Positions 1 to 9,386 of a stretch of DNA of 64,000 nt are shown piece by piece. Every line of letters begins with the position of its first letter. Positions within the stretch are counted from its first letter, which is position 1. A program made the position numbers and the translations under genes. The notes below the pieces were generated by a model. That model made no database searches. It was not told the origin of the DNA and was given only the letters and a program-made list of their open reading frames with translations. Source of the stretch: a virus. Taxonomy: Duplodnaviria; Caudoviricetes. The DNA lies in IMG/VR virus record IMGVR_UViG_3300021254_000027, positions 1 through 64,000 of that record; one strand, written 5' to 3'.

Positions 1-2
1 AG

Positions 3-149
3 AGTGTTATTTTATGGTGTGATGCCGATCTTGGTACTTGTCGTATCAAGCCGATGTTTCTTACTGATTTCCAATATGAATGGATTGGAATAGATGACTT
101 AAAAATTGTAATCAATGAATTTAGTGCTTTTGAGGAGGACGAAGATTAA
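3..149 (+). CDS. C-terminal end of a gene cut by the window edge, probably a DnaB-like replicative helicase
   Basis: Open frame SVILWCDADLGTCRIKPMFLTDFQYEW...EEDED ending TAA at 147-149, just upstream of the primase. Helicase identity is inferred from context and the W..DLGTCR tail. Confidence 0.45.
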   Translation, partial: SVILWCDADLGTCRIKPMFLTDFQYEWIGIDDLKIVINEFSAFEEDED

Positions 150-373
150 TGGCTAAGAATACTGGAAATAAAGTTGTTATTATCAAGGCTGATGAGCGTT
201 ATCCTATTGAGGGACGCGAAATGGAATATATTATGACTCGCGGTGAATATGATTATTTAATGGATAAAGATCGTGCTCCTCGCAATGTCCATCGGAATAA
301 GTACATTTTGGACTATGTAAATAGTGTTTGCGGTATTTTGGGTACTGTTACGACTGTAAGAATCGAGGATTAA
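149..373 (+). CDS. Hypothetical protein (74 aa)
   Basis: GAGGAG RBS; start overlaps the previous stop (TAATG); stop abuts the primase. Confidence 0.75.
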   Translation: MAKNTGNKVVIIKADERYPIEGREMEYIMTRGEYDYLMDKDRAPRNVHRNKYILDYVNSVCGILGTVTTVRIED

Positions 374-374
374 T

Positions 375-1478
375 ATGAAGTATGACAAAGACGAAATCAA
401 GAACAAATTAACTGTAGACATGGTAGAAGATATGGTTCGTGATTTCGGCGGTGACCCGCGGACTGCCCCATTTGGCTTTATCGCGGGCACCATTTGTCAT
501 AATCGTCCTGGAGAAGGGAGCCATAAACTTTACTACTATGAAAATACAAAACTATTCCGTTGCTATACTGGTTGCGACGCTACGTTTGATATATTCGAGC
601 TCATTTGTAAAATTAACAAAATTGCTGGGAAGGAATGGACTCTCCCTGCAGCAGTACGATATGTCGCACAACGATACGGTTGGGCGCCACACAATGACCA
701 ATTACCCGAAGATGGGATGGAAACTCTCATTGACCAATCCATCTTCGATAGATACGAAAAAAGATCAAGAGATACTAAAGAGGATCGATCAGGAAGTATT
801 CTCAAAGCCTATGACCCCAGTATCCTTGACCATCTCGCCTATCCAAGAATAGGAGACTGGATCGATGAAGGAATCACTCCAGAAGTGTTGCGATATAATC
901 GAATCGGCTACAACCCAGGAGGAGACCAAATTACAATTCCCCATTATGATGCCAACGGAACGTTCATTGGACTTCGCGGCAGAGCATTGTCAAATGAATC
1001 CGCATCTCTTTATGGCAAATATCGCCCCATCTCAATCGGTGGGCAAATGTACAATCACCCCTTAGGTTTTAACTTGTACAACTTAAACAATAGTAAAGAT
1101 AACATTAAAAAAATAGGAAAGGCGATTATTTTTGAAGGTGAAAAAAGTTGTCTCCTTTATCAGAGTTATTTTGGCCATGATGCAGATATTAGCGTGGCTT
1201 GTTGTGGCTCTGCTGTGTCAGCTCGGCAAATGGATCTACTCATCAATGTTGGAGCTAAAGAAATTATTATTGCATTCGATAAGCAGTTTCAAGAAAAAGG
1301 TGACGATGAATTTAAACACCTCGTCAAAAATTTAAAAGCGATCCATCAAAAATATAATAATTACGTTTCAATTTCATTTATATTTGATAAAGAGAATTTA
1401 TTAGGATACAAAGATAGCCCCATTGATAAAGGAGCGGAGACCTTTGTAAAATTATTTAAGAACAGGATTGTGTTGTAA
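375..1478 (+). CDS. dnaG: DnaG-type DNA primase (Zn-binding + TOPRIM)
   Basis: CHN...CYTGC zinc motif, ITIP..D..G..IG.RGR, TOPRIM FEGEKS and IIAFD. Confidence 0.88.
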   Translation: MKYDKDEIKNKLTVDMVEDMVRDFGGDPRTAPFGFIAGTICHNRPGEGSHKLYYYENTKLFRCYTGCDATFDIFELICKINKIAGKEWTLPAAVRYVAQRYGWAPHNDQLPEDGMETLIDQSIFDRYEKRSRDTKEDRSGSILKAYDPSILDHLAYPRIGDWIDEGITPEVLRYNRIGYNPGGDQITIPHYDANGTFIGLRGRALSNESASLYGKYRPISIGGQMYNHPLGFNLYNLNNSKDNIKKIGKAIIFEGEKSCLLYQSYFGHDADISVACCGSAVSARQMDLLINVGAKEIIIAFDKQFQEKGDDEFKHLVKNLKAIHQKYNNYVSISFIFDKENLLGYKDSPIDKGAETFVKLFKNRIVL

Positions 1479-3232
1479 TGATTTTTAAGTTAAGAGAAAG
1501 CAGTCCGCTTATTAAAGATCCTATTGAGCGGCTTTTATATACAAGAGGATTAGAAACAAGAGAAGATATGCAGCTTTTCTTAGAGCCTAATTCTTCCGCA
1601 GAAATTGATTATCATCAACTTGATAATATAGAACTTGCGGCGAGACGTTTGTTAAAAGCACTTGTGCGACAAGAAGAAGTATATGTCCAAGTTGATAGTG
1701 ATTGTGATGGTTATACATCTGCGGCAGCCCTATTGAATTATATGCACGATATTGCTCCTGTTACTGTAGAAAGGAAATGGACATATGGTTTGCATAGAGC
1801 GAAACTACACGGCATTGACCGAAGTAACATCGGAGAAAACACAGCCTTGGTGGTTGCACCCGACTCTTCAAGCAACGAACAGACAATCCACCAAGAGCTT
1901 AATGCAGAAGGAATCGACGTCGTGGTCCTTGACCACCACGAAGCGGATAACACCGCAGGAGATCCAGCAATTATTGTCAATAACCAGCTTTGCGGGTATC
2001 CCAATAAGTTCTTGTCAGGGGTTGGAATCGTCTATAAAGTCTTACAGTGTATCGACGATCTCCGACATGAACCAGGCAACGCTGATAACTACTTAGATTT
2101 AGTCGCATTGGGGTTAACTGGTGATATGATGGATATGAAGTCTCTTGAAACGAGATTTTATATTACAGAAGGTTTTGAATGGGTGAAAAATCCATTTTTT
2201 AAGTATCTTGCGGATAAAAATGAATATTCCATGAAGGGTGTTTTTACCCCTCATTCTGTTGCTTGGTATATTGTTCCATTTATTAACGCCGTAACACGAG
2301 TTGGTAATAATGCTGATAAATTATTGGTTTTTGAATCAATGTTATCTTGGAAAGCAGGAGAACTAGTTCCAAGCGATAAGAGAGGTGCACGTCCAGGCAC
2401 AGAGGAATTACGAGTTGTAAAAGCAGTTCGACATGCGAGTAATATTAAATCACATCAAGACACTGATAAGAAAAATCTTCTTGCCGCGATGGAAGAAAAG
2501 ATTGCTAAATATAATCTTTTAGAAGATCCTGTTTTGATTATTCAAAACAAAGGAGTAGAAGATGATGACCCTGTGCGAGGTATTACTGGTCTTGTTGCTA
2601 ATAGTCTCATGGCCAAATATGGTAAGCCTACTCTTATCCTCAATGAAATCGTGGACCCCAAAACAGGAAAAATTACTTGGTCAGGCTCTGGACGTGGCTT
2701 TGCTACTACAGATATTAATAACTGGCGCGATTATATTGTTTCTACTGGTACAGCCATTTTTGCTGAAGGCCATCCTTTTGCCTTTGGTGTGGCTTTCACT
2801 TCTGATGGGTTGGAGTGGTTCAAAAATACAGTTAAGTCTAAGTGGGGTTCGACGCCATTTGTTATGAGTTATGACGTTGATTATATTTGGACGATGCACG
2901 ATGAATTTGATAATATTGTTATGACAATAGGTGAATATGAAAATATTTGGGGCCAAGGAGTGCCAGAGCCTCTTGTCGTAATTGAACATATAAAGATTAA
3001 AGATGATGTAAAACTTAATCTATTAAGTAAAGGAACATTAAGATTGGATCTTTATCCTCATAAAACAAATTGCATTAAATTTGGTTCTAATGCGGATGAA
3101 TATGAAAGTTTAATAGGAAAAACAATAACAATTCTTGGAACATGTTCTATAAATGAATGGAATGGTAATCGTACACCGCAGATTCAAATTAAAGATTATT
3201 TTATAGAATCAGTTCCTGTGTGGGATTTTTGA
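1478..3232 (+). CDS. recJ: RecJ-like DHH-family ssDNA exonuclease
   Basis: DSDCDG, LDHH, LSGVG, DLVALG..GDMM, PFINA..R, SGSGRG and GH motifs; C-terminal OB-like INEWNG...QIQIKD. Confidence 0.92.
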   Translation: MIFKLRESSPLIKDPIERLLYTRGLETREDMQLFLEPNSSAEIDYHQLDNIELAARRLLKALVRQEEVYVQVDSDCDGYTSAAALLNYMHDIAPVTVERKWTYGLHRAKLHGIDRSNIGENTALVVAPDSSSNEQTIHQELNAEGIDVVVLDHHEADNTAGDPAIIVNNQLCGYPNKFLSGVGIVYKVLQCIDDLRHEPGNADNYLDLVALGLTGDMMDMKSLETRFYITEGFEWVKNPFFKYLADKNEYSMKGVFTPHSVAWYIVPFINAVTRVGNNADKLLVFESMLSWKAGELVPSDKRGARPGTEELRVVKAVRHASNIKSHQDTDKKNLLAAMEEKIAKYNLLEDPVLIIQNKGVEDDDPVRGITGLVANSLMAKYGKPTLILNEIVDPKTGKITWSGSGRGFATTDINNWRDYIVSTGTAIFAEGHPFAFGVAFTSDGLEWFKNTVKSKWGSTPFVMSYDVDYIWTMHDEFDNIVMTIGEYENIWGQGVPEPLVVIEHIKIKDDVKLNLLSKGTLRLDLYPHKTNCIKFGSNADEYESLIGKTITILGTCSINEWNGNRTPQIQIKDYFIESVPVWDF

Positions 3233-3257
3233 TTTTTTTAGAAAGTTATGGTATAAT
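3229..3257 (+). promoter_or_regulatory. sigmaA/sigma70-type promoter (extended -10)
   Basis: TTGATT-17 nt-TATAAT with TG at -15/-14. Confidence 0.75.
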
Positions 3258-3261
3258 ATAT

Positions 3262-3483
3262 ATGAAAGATAAGATAGTGGTAATTCAATATCCGATTGAG
3301 ACTTATGATCTTGATACCGCCGCCAAGCAATTTAAGGCTGTTCATCAATTTATCCAAGAGCAAGGATATGATTGGGATTTAATACTAATCCCAAAAGACT
3401 GCCACTGGTCAGAAATGACATATGAAGAATTAGAACATGTAAGAGATACAATTAATTTAGTATTAGAGGATAAAAAAAGATGA
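3262..3483 (+). CDS. Hypothetical protein (about 73 aa; track start GTG 3220 lies upstream of the promoter)
   Basis: ORF fills the RecJ-helicase gap and has an ATGA overlap with the helicase. ATG 3262 follows the -10 box. Confidence 0.6.
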   Translation: MKDKIVVIQYPIETYDLDTAAKQFKAVHQFIQEQGYDWDLILIPKDCHWSEMTYEELEHVRDTINLVLEDKKR

Positions 3484-4661
3484 TATTAACAGCAAAACAG
3501 GAACAAGGATTAAAACTTGCAGTCAAACGGTATAAGGATCACGAACCTTATACCGTTATTGCTGGTTATGCAGGTGTTGGTAAATCTACCCTTGTTCGAT
3601 TTATAATTGATGCTCTTCAATTAAAAGATTGGGAGATTGCATATATTGCTTATACTGGAAAAGCCGCGCAAGTATTGCGTAACAAGGGATGTCATAATGC
3701 CATGACTGCGCATCGGCTTCTCTACAAATCAATTCCAAAAGAAGATGGAACATTCATGCACATTCCTGTGCAAACTCTTTTTCCTCTTAAATTGGTAGTT
3801 GTAGATGAAGTTTCTATGCTGCCCGATAAGATGTGGGAGCAACTTTTAAAGTATAAAGTGCATATCCTTGCGCTCGGCGATCCTGGTCAGCTTCCTCCAG
3901 TCCGTGCAGTAAGTAATGGCGCACTAGATCATCCGCATATTTTTCTGGATGAAATTATGCGGCAAGCTGCTGAAAGTGAAATTATCCGCTTGACTATGGA
4001 TATTCGAGCGGGTAAAAATCTTGCTTTTCAGCGAGGCAAAGAAGTTCGAGTTGTTGATCGGAATGAGACTTTAGCTCCTGGCTTTTTTGATTGGGCGGAT
4101 CAAATTATATGCGGTAAAAATGAAACTCGTGGATTTTTAAATGATTATCGTCGCAAACAACTATGGCAAGAGGCTTATCAAATTGAACCTATTGTTGGAG
4201 ATAAAATAATTTGTTTGCGCAATGATTGGGAGTTTATAAATGAGAATTTAGATGCTCTTGTTAACGGGTTAACTGGGCATCTTACACGAATAGAATATAA
4301 TGAATCTAATCCTTGGATGGAAAAAACTCCTTGGATTGACTTTTTACCTGATTATGACAATGCTGCTCCATTTTATAAAATTGAAGCAGATTATAAACTA
4401 TTAACTACTAGACAGCCTTTAATTACAAGAGGCCCGAATGGTACTTGGCGAGAGATTCCCAAACAATTTCATCCTCATGAATTTGATTATGGATATGCAA
4501 TTACTTGTCATAAATCCCAAGGTAGCGAATTTAATAAAGTAATTGTGTTGGAAGAATTTCTTAAAAGTGAAAGCAGAGAAGACCATATTAAATGGCTTTA
4601 TACTGCTGCAACTCGTGCCGCGCAAAAACTTATTGTAGTTAAGAATTATAGAAAGCCTTAA
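3480..4661 (+). CDS. RecD2/Dda-like SF1 helicase
   Basis: Walker A GYAGVGKS, AYTGKAA, VDEVSM, GDPGQLPPV, YAITCHKSQGSEF, LYTAATRA. Confidence 0.9.
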   Translation: MILTAKQEQGLKLAVKRYKDHEPYTVIAGYAGVGKSTLVRFIIDALQLKDWEIAYIAYTGKAAQVLRNKGCHNAMTAHRLLYKSIPKEDGTFMHIPVQTLFPLKLVVVDEVSMLPDKMWEQLLKYKVHILALGDPGQLPPVRAVSNGALDHPHIFLDEIMRQAAESEIIRLTMDIRAGKNLAFQRGKEVRVVDRNETLAPGFFDWADQIICGKNETRGFLNDYRRKQLWQEAYQIEPIVGDKIICLRNDWEFINENLDALVNGLTGHLTRIEYNESNPWMEKTPWIDFLPDYDNAAPFYKIEADYKLLTTRQPLITRGPNGTWREIPKQFHPHEFDYGYAITCHKSQGSEFNKVIVLEEFLKSESREDHIKWLYTAATRAAQKLIVVKNYRKP

Positions 4662-4690
4662 TTGACATTTTTATAAGAAAATGATATAAT
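4662..4690 (+). promoter_or_regulatory. Consensus sigmaA promoter for dnaE
   Basis: TTGACA-17 nt-TATAAT with TG extension, then an AGGAG RBS. Confidence 0.88.
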
Positions 4691-4723
4691 ATATATAGAA
4701 AATGAGGAATAGGAGTTTTATAA

Positions 4724-7700
4724 ATGGCATTTTTTAACGATCATAATCATACCGTTTATAGTAATCTCCGTCTTGTTGACTGTATTAACAAGCCCAAAGC
4801 CCTAATTGATGAAGCGATTAAATTAGGGCTTAGTGGTATAGCTATTACAGATCATGAAGCATTGTGTTGTCATATTGAAGTGAATCAATATGCACAGAAA
4901 TTGCGGGAAACTAATCCGGATTTTACAATAGCGCTTGGAAATGAAATTTACCTTGTAAATAAACGAGAAAATGGACAGAAGTATTATCACTTTATCTTAA
5001 TAGCCAAAAATGCACGTGGGCATCAAGCTCTTCGAATGTTAAGTTCAAAAGCTTGGTATAATGGCTATGAAGATAGAGGTTTTCGTGTACCTACTTTAAA
5101 AAGCGAAGTTGAAGAGGTCATGAAAGATTATAAAGGTGATGTTATAGCGACTACTGCATGTATGGGCGGCGAAGCATCAACTTTATTGATGGAAAAGAGT
5201 ATGCGAATGAGCGTGGGCATTAATGATGATCAAGTCCATGCAGATTTGCATAAATTCATTAACTGGTGTATTGATGTTTTTGGTAAAGATGATTTTTATA
5301 TTGAGTGCGCGCCGAGTCTGAATAAAGATCAGATCTTAGTAAACCGCATGTTAAAAACTTATATCGCGGATGTATATGATTTAAAAATGATACCTGGTAC
5401 TGATAGTCATTATCTGCGTAAGGATTTGCGGTTGGCGCATAAAACTTATCTTAATTCAAAAGATGGCGATCGAGAAGTCGATGAATTTTATGAGTTCGCT
5501 TATCTAATGGATGAAAACGAAGTGCGGCGATTGCTCCATCATAGTTTTGAAGATGTAAAAACTATAGATTGGTTATTTGCAAATACTGAACTTATGCGGC
5601 AGAGTATTGAATTTTATAGTCTAACTCGTCCGCAAAAGATTCCATTGGTTGATGTAGAAATGCCGACTGGTTTTTATGCGATGGACCCTGAGCGTTATCC
5701 GACTCTATGGCGGATTAATTGTGATGGTAATGCGCAAGAAAAACGTTGGCTTCATGATTGTATGGATGGTCTAGAGCGGCATGGAATTGCCGAAGACCGT
5801 CAACCCGAGTATATGGATCGTTTAGAGATTGAAGCTGATGTAATTGATTTCATTGGCAATCGTCTCGGAAATTGTTTGTTCGCATATTTTAATACTTTTA
5901 AGCATTATATTGATTTGTTCTGGGAGTGTGGTTCAACTGTTGGGCCTGGTCGAGGTAGCGCTACTGGTTTTCTTTCCAATTATCTTTTGGGTATTACTCA
6001 ATTGGATCCTATCCGCTGGGGATTGCCTTGGTGGAGATTCCTTAACAAAGAGCGAGCTGAATTACCTGATATCGATATTGACCTTGCCCCAAGTAAAAGA
6101 CCTCTTATCTTTGAACGAATCAGAGAAGAGCGCGGAGAACTTGGATGCGTACAAGTTGTAACTTTTGGAACTGAAGGAACCAAAAGTGCTATTCAAACGG
6201 CATGTCGTGGTTATCGGTATCAAGATGAGGATGGTAGAGAATTATACCCGAATGGTATTGATAATGATGTCGCATTATATATTAGTGCATTAATTCCAGA
6301 AGAGCGTGGATTTTTGTGGTCATTTAATGATTGCATTTATGGCGATGAAAGTAAAGGCCGTAAACCGATTAAAACTTTAATCACCGAGTTAAATAAATAT
6401 CCTGGACTAGTTGATATTATCCAGAATATTGATGGTTGTGTAAAGCAACGTGGTATTCATGCGTCTGGTGTTATCTTATACAACAATGATATTTTTGATA
6501 CTGGCGCGATTATGAGGGCCCCTTCTGGAGAACTTGTTACTTGTTATGATCTTCATATGTGCGAAGCCGCCGGAGATACTAAATATGACTTTCTCGTAAC
6601 TGAAGTTTGTGACAAGATGATTCAGTGTCTTGAACTCATGAAAAAAGATGGAGTTATAGAGAACGAGAGCATTCGTCAGTTATATAATCGTTATCTGCAT
6701 CCTGAAAAAATAGACACAAACAAACCAGAAATTTGGGAACATCTGGCGGCGGGAGATATTCTCGATGTTTTCCAATTCAATAGTGGAGTTGGATTGAGTG
6801 TTGCTCGTTCCATGAAACCGCAGAACCCTCTTGAAATGACTGCGGCGAACGCTATGATGCGTCTAATGAATGAGCCTGGTGTAGAAAGTCAGCAGGATCG
6901 TTATGTTAGAATTAAAGATGGCGGAGTCGAATTGTTTGAACGAGAGATGACTGAGCATCATTTGCCGCAAAAGATGAAAGAAAGATTACATCATTATTGT
7001 GATACATATTATGGATGTAGCGCGATCCAAGAGCAAATGATGGAAATCTTGATGGATCCAGAAATCGCGGGCTTTAGTTTAAAAGAAGCTAATGATGCTC
7101 GTAAAATCGTCGGTAAAAAACAGATGTCTCGTATCCCTGAATTGAGAGCGCGATTTAATCAAACAATGTCAGAAAATCTGGCAGATTATGTTTGGAAATT
7201 AGCAGTTGCGCCACAATTAGGATATGCGTTTAGTATTAATCATAGTCTCCCCTATAGTTTTGTAGGTATCCAGACGATTATCTTGGCGACTCAATTTAAT
7301 CCAGTATATTGGAACTCAGCTTGTTTGATCGTTAATAGTGGAGCAGTTGATCCAGAAGCGAAAGCATCTACAAATTATGGAAAGATTGCAAAAGCTGTTA
7401 ATGACATCCAGAGTCGAGGAATTAAAATCGCGCCGATTGACATTAATAAATCAGATTATGGATTTACTCCTGATGCTGAAAATAATGTAATTATGTTCGG
7501 CATGAAGGGATTATTGAATGTTGGCGATGATTTAGTCGCAGAGATAATCGCAAATCGTCCATATGAAAACTTTATGGACTTTATGAATAAGATTAAGATA
7601 ACTCGACAGCCGATGATTGCGTTGATTAAATCTGGTGCTTTTGATCATTTTGGTGAGCGCAAAGGCATTATGGCGCAGTATATTTACTTAACTTGTGATC

Positions 7701-8563
7701 GCAAGAAGAGAATTAATCTGCAAAATATGAATGGATTAATCCAGCGCAATATGATTCCTGAAGAATTAGGGCCTGCGCGATCAGTATATGAATTTAATCG
7801 CTACTTAAAAGACAAGTGTAAAAAAGGTGATAAGTTCTATATTGACGAACGTGCGTTAAATTTCATAAATAAACGTTATCCAGATTTTCCATTTGAAGAT
7901 GGACAATGTGTAAGTGCAAAAGTTTGGGATAAGATTTATCAGTCTGAAATGGATGTTATCCGTAATTGGATGAAAGATCATCAGGATGAAGTCTTATATC
8001 AAATGAATAAAGCAATTTTTATGGAAGATTGGCAAAAGTATGCGGCAGGTAATTATTCATCTTGGGAAATGGAAGTAATGTGCTTCTATTATCATCAGCA
8101 TGAACTTGCGCATGTGCAAATGGCGAAATATGGAATATCTCGATTCCAGAATTTGCCAGCTGATCCTCCTGTAATAAGTTTGTATCGTGGTAAGATTCCG
8201 ATTTACCAGTTGTCTCGTATCGCTGGTACAGTGATTGCGAAGAATAAGACAAAAGGAATTGTGACGATTTTAACTACTGATGGAGTAGTAAATGTCAAAT
8301 TTACGAAAGAATATTTTGCGATGTTCGATCGTCAGATTAGTCAAAGAGGCGCCGATGGTGTAAAGCATGTTGTTGAAAAATCTTGGTTCAATAGAGGCAG
8401 TATGATTGTTGTAACTGGATTGCGGCGAGGGGATGAATTTGTCGCCAAAAAGTACGCCAACACTCCTGGACATCAACTGTACAAAATTACTGAGGTATTT
8501 GCTAACGGCAGCATAACATTGTGTTCAGAACGAGCTCAGGGAGAGAGCGAAAATGTTGAGTAA
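4724..8563 (+). CDS. dnaE: DNA polymerase III alpha subunit (family C, DnaE-type) with PHP domain
   Basis: PHP HNHT, TDHE, TDSHY; GPGRGSA, RFLNKER..PDIDID, HASGV, KYDFL, YAFSINH; C-terminal OB fold. Confidence 0.96.
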   Translation: MAFFNDHNHTVYSNLRLVDCINKPKALIDEAIKLGLSGIAITDHEALCCHIEVNQYAQKLRETNPDFTIALGNEIYLVNKRENGQKYYHFILIAKNARGHQALRMLSSKAWYNGYEDRGFRVPTLKSEVEEVMKDYKGDVIATTACMGGEASTLLMEKSMRMSVGINDDQVHADLHKFINWCIDVFGKDDFYIECAPSLNKDQILVNRMLKTYIADVYDLKMIPGTDSHYLRKDLRLAHKTYLNSKDGDREVDEFYEFAYLMDENEVRRLLHHSFEDVKTIDWLFANTELMRQSIEFYSLTRPQKIPLVDVEMPTGFYAMDPERYPTLWRINCDGNAQEKRWLHDCMDGLERHGIAEDRQPEYMDRLEIEADVIDFIGNRLGNCLFAYFNTFKHYIDLFWECGSTVGPGRGSATGFLSNYLLGITQLDPIRWGLPWWRFLNKERAELPDIDIDLAPSKRPLIFERIREERGELGCVQVVTFGTEGTKSAIQTACRGYRYQDEDGRELYPNGIDNDVALYISALIPEERGFLWSFNDCIYGDESKGRKPIKTLITELNKYPGLVDIIQNIDGCVKQRGIHASGVILYNNDIFDTGAIMRAPSGELVTCYDLHMCEAAGDTKYDFLVTEVCDKMIQCLELMKKDGVIENESIRQLYNRYLHPEKIDTNKPEIWEHLAAGDILDVFQFNSGVGLSVARSMKPQNPLEMTAANAMMRLMNEPGVESQQDRYVRIKDGGVELFEREMTEHHLPQKMKERLHHYCDTYYGCSAIQEQMMEILMDPEIAGFSLKEANDARKIVGKKQMSRIPELRARFNQTMSENLADYVWKLAVAPQLGYAFSINHSLPYSFVGIQTIILATQFNPVYWNSACLIVNSGAVDPEAKASTNYGKIAKAVNDIQSRGIKIAPIDINKSDYGFTPDAENNVIMFGMKGLLNVGDDLVAEIIANRPYENFMDFMNKIKITRQPMIALIKSGAFDHFGERKGIMAQYIYLTCDRKKRINLQNMNGLIQRNMIPEELGPARSVYEFNRYLKDKCKKGDKFYIDERALNFINKRYPDFPFEDGQCVSAKVWDKIYQSEMDVIRNWMKDHQDEVLYQMNKAIFMEDWQKYAAGNYSSWEMEVMCFYYHQHELAHVQMAKYGISRFQNLPADPPVISLYRGKIPIYQLSRIAGTVIAKNKTKGIVTILTTDGVVNVKFTKEYFAMFDRQISQRGADGVKHVVEKSWFNRGSMIVVTGLRRGDEFVAKKYANTPGHQLYKITEVFANGSITLCSERAQGESENVE

Positions 8564-8843
8564 AAAGGTTACGCGGTGGAGGAGTAGTATCTTCCACCGC
8601 AAATGCCGATATTGTAAATATTGTGAAGAAATGAAATATGGTGGCTTTTATTGTAAAGCCAAAGAAGCAAAAATTTACCAGCCTTGGTATGGTATAGGAT
8701 ATAAATCTGATGATTTATATTTGAGATTTTGCACATTATTTGAGGTGAAAAATGGATATGAAGAAACCAAAGTATCTAGTGATAGCCCTAGTGGGGAAAG
8801 CTGGAGTTGGGAAGGATACCCTGGCACGGGACCTCGTGGATGA
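8553..8843 (+). CDS. Possible small Cys-rich protein; C-terminus overlaps gmk
   Basis: CRYCKYC...C...C pattern fills the dnaE-gmk gap. The 92-nt overlap with gmk makes it uncertain. Confidence 0.4.
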   Translation: MLSKKVTRWRSSIFHRKCRYCKYCEEMKYGGFYCKAKEAKIYQPWYGIGYKSDDLYLRFCTLFEVKNGYEETKVSSDSPSGESWSWEGYPGTGPRG

Positions 8844-9336
8844 TCATAAGCATTGGAATGCAATAGTATCTTGCACAACTCGTCCACCAAGAGAGGGAGA
8901 AAAAGATGGCGAAGCATATCATTTTCTTACTAATGAGCAATTCGCGGAAAAGGTATTAAGTGGAGATATGCTGGAAGCCACTTGTTTTAATGGATGGCAT
9001 TATGGTACTATGAAATCTTCTCTCCAGCCAGGAGTGAATGTTGGGGTATTTAATCCAGAAGGATTTGATTGTTTGGCAGAAATGCCGATTGAGGATGTAC
9101 GAGTACACGGATATCTTGTTCAGTGTGAAGATAAAACTAGGCTTTTGCGGCAGTTAAATCGAGAAGAACATCCTGATGTAAATGAAATTATCCGGCGTTG
9201 GCTTGCTGATGATGAAGATTTTTGTGAGATTGAAGACGATGATCGACTAAATGTTGTATGGAATGAAGCGCCTCACCACAAGATGCAGATATATCGTCAG
9301 ATCGAGAATGACGCTCGGCAGGTCGGCTTTGATTAA
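8752..9336 (+). CDS. gmk: Guanylate kinase-like protein
   Basis: P-loop GKAGVGKDT; SCTTRPPREGE.DG..YHF; WHYGT. Confidence 0.9.
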   Translation: MDMKKPKYLVIALVGKAGVGKDTLARDLVDDHKHWNAIVSCTTRPPREGEKDGEAYHFLTNEQFAEKVLSGDMLEATCFNGWHYGTMKSSLQPGVNVGVFNPEGFDCLAEMPIEDVRVHGYLVQCEDKTRLLRQLNREEHPDVNEIIRRWLADDEDFCEIEDDDRLNVVWNEAPHHKMQIYRQIENDARQVGFD

Positions 9337-9386
9337 GCAATTTTGATTAATCTCCAAATAAATATGATACCCTTTAAGGAGGTTAT

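Noticed and set aside
9340-9370. sigmaA promoter before nrdD (TTGATT...TATGAT)
   Set aside because: The spacer is only 14 nt, so it is not supportable as a canonical promoter.
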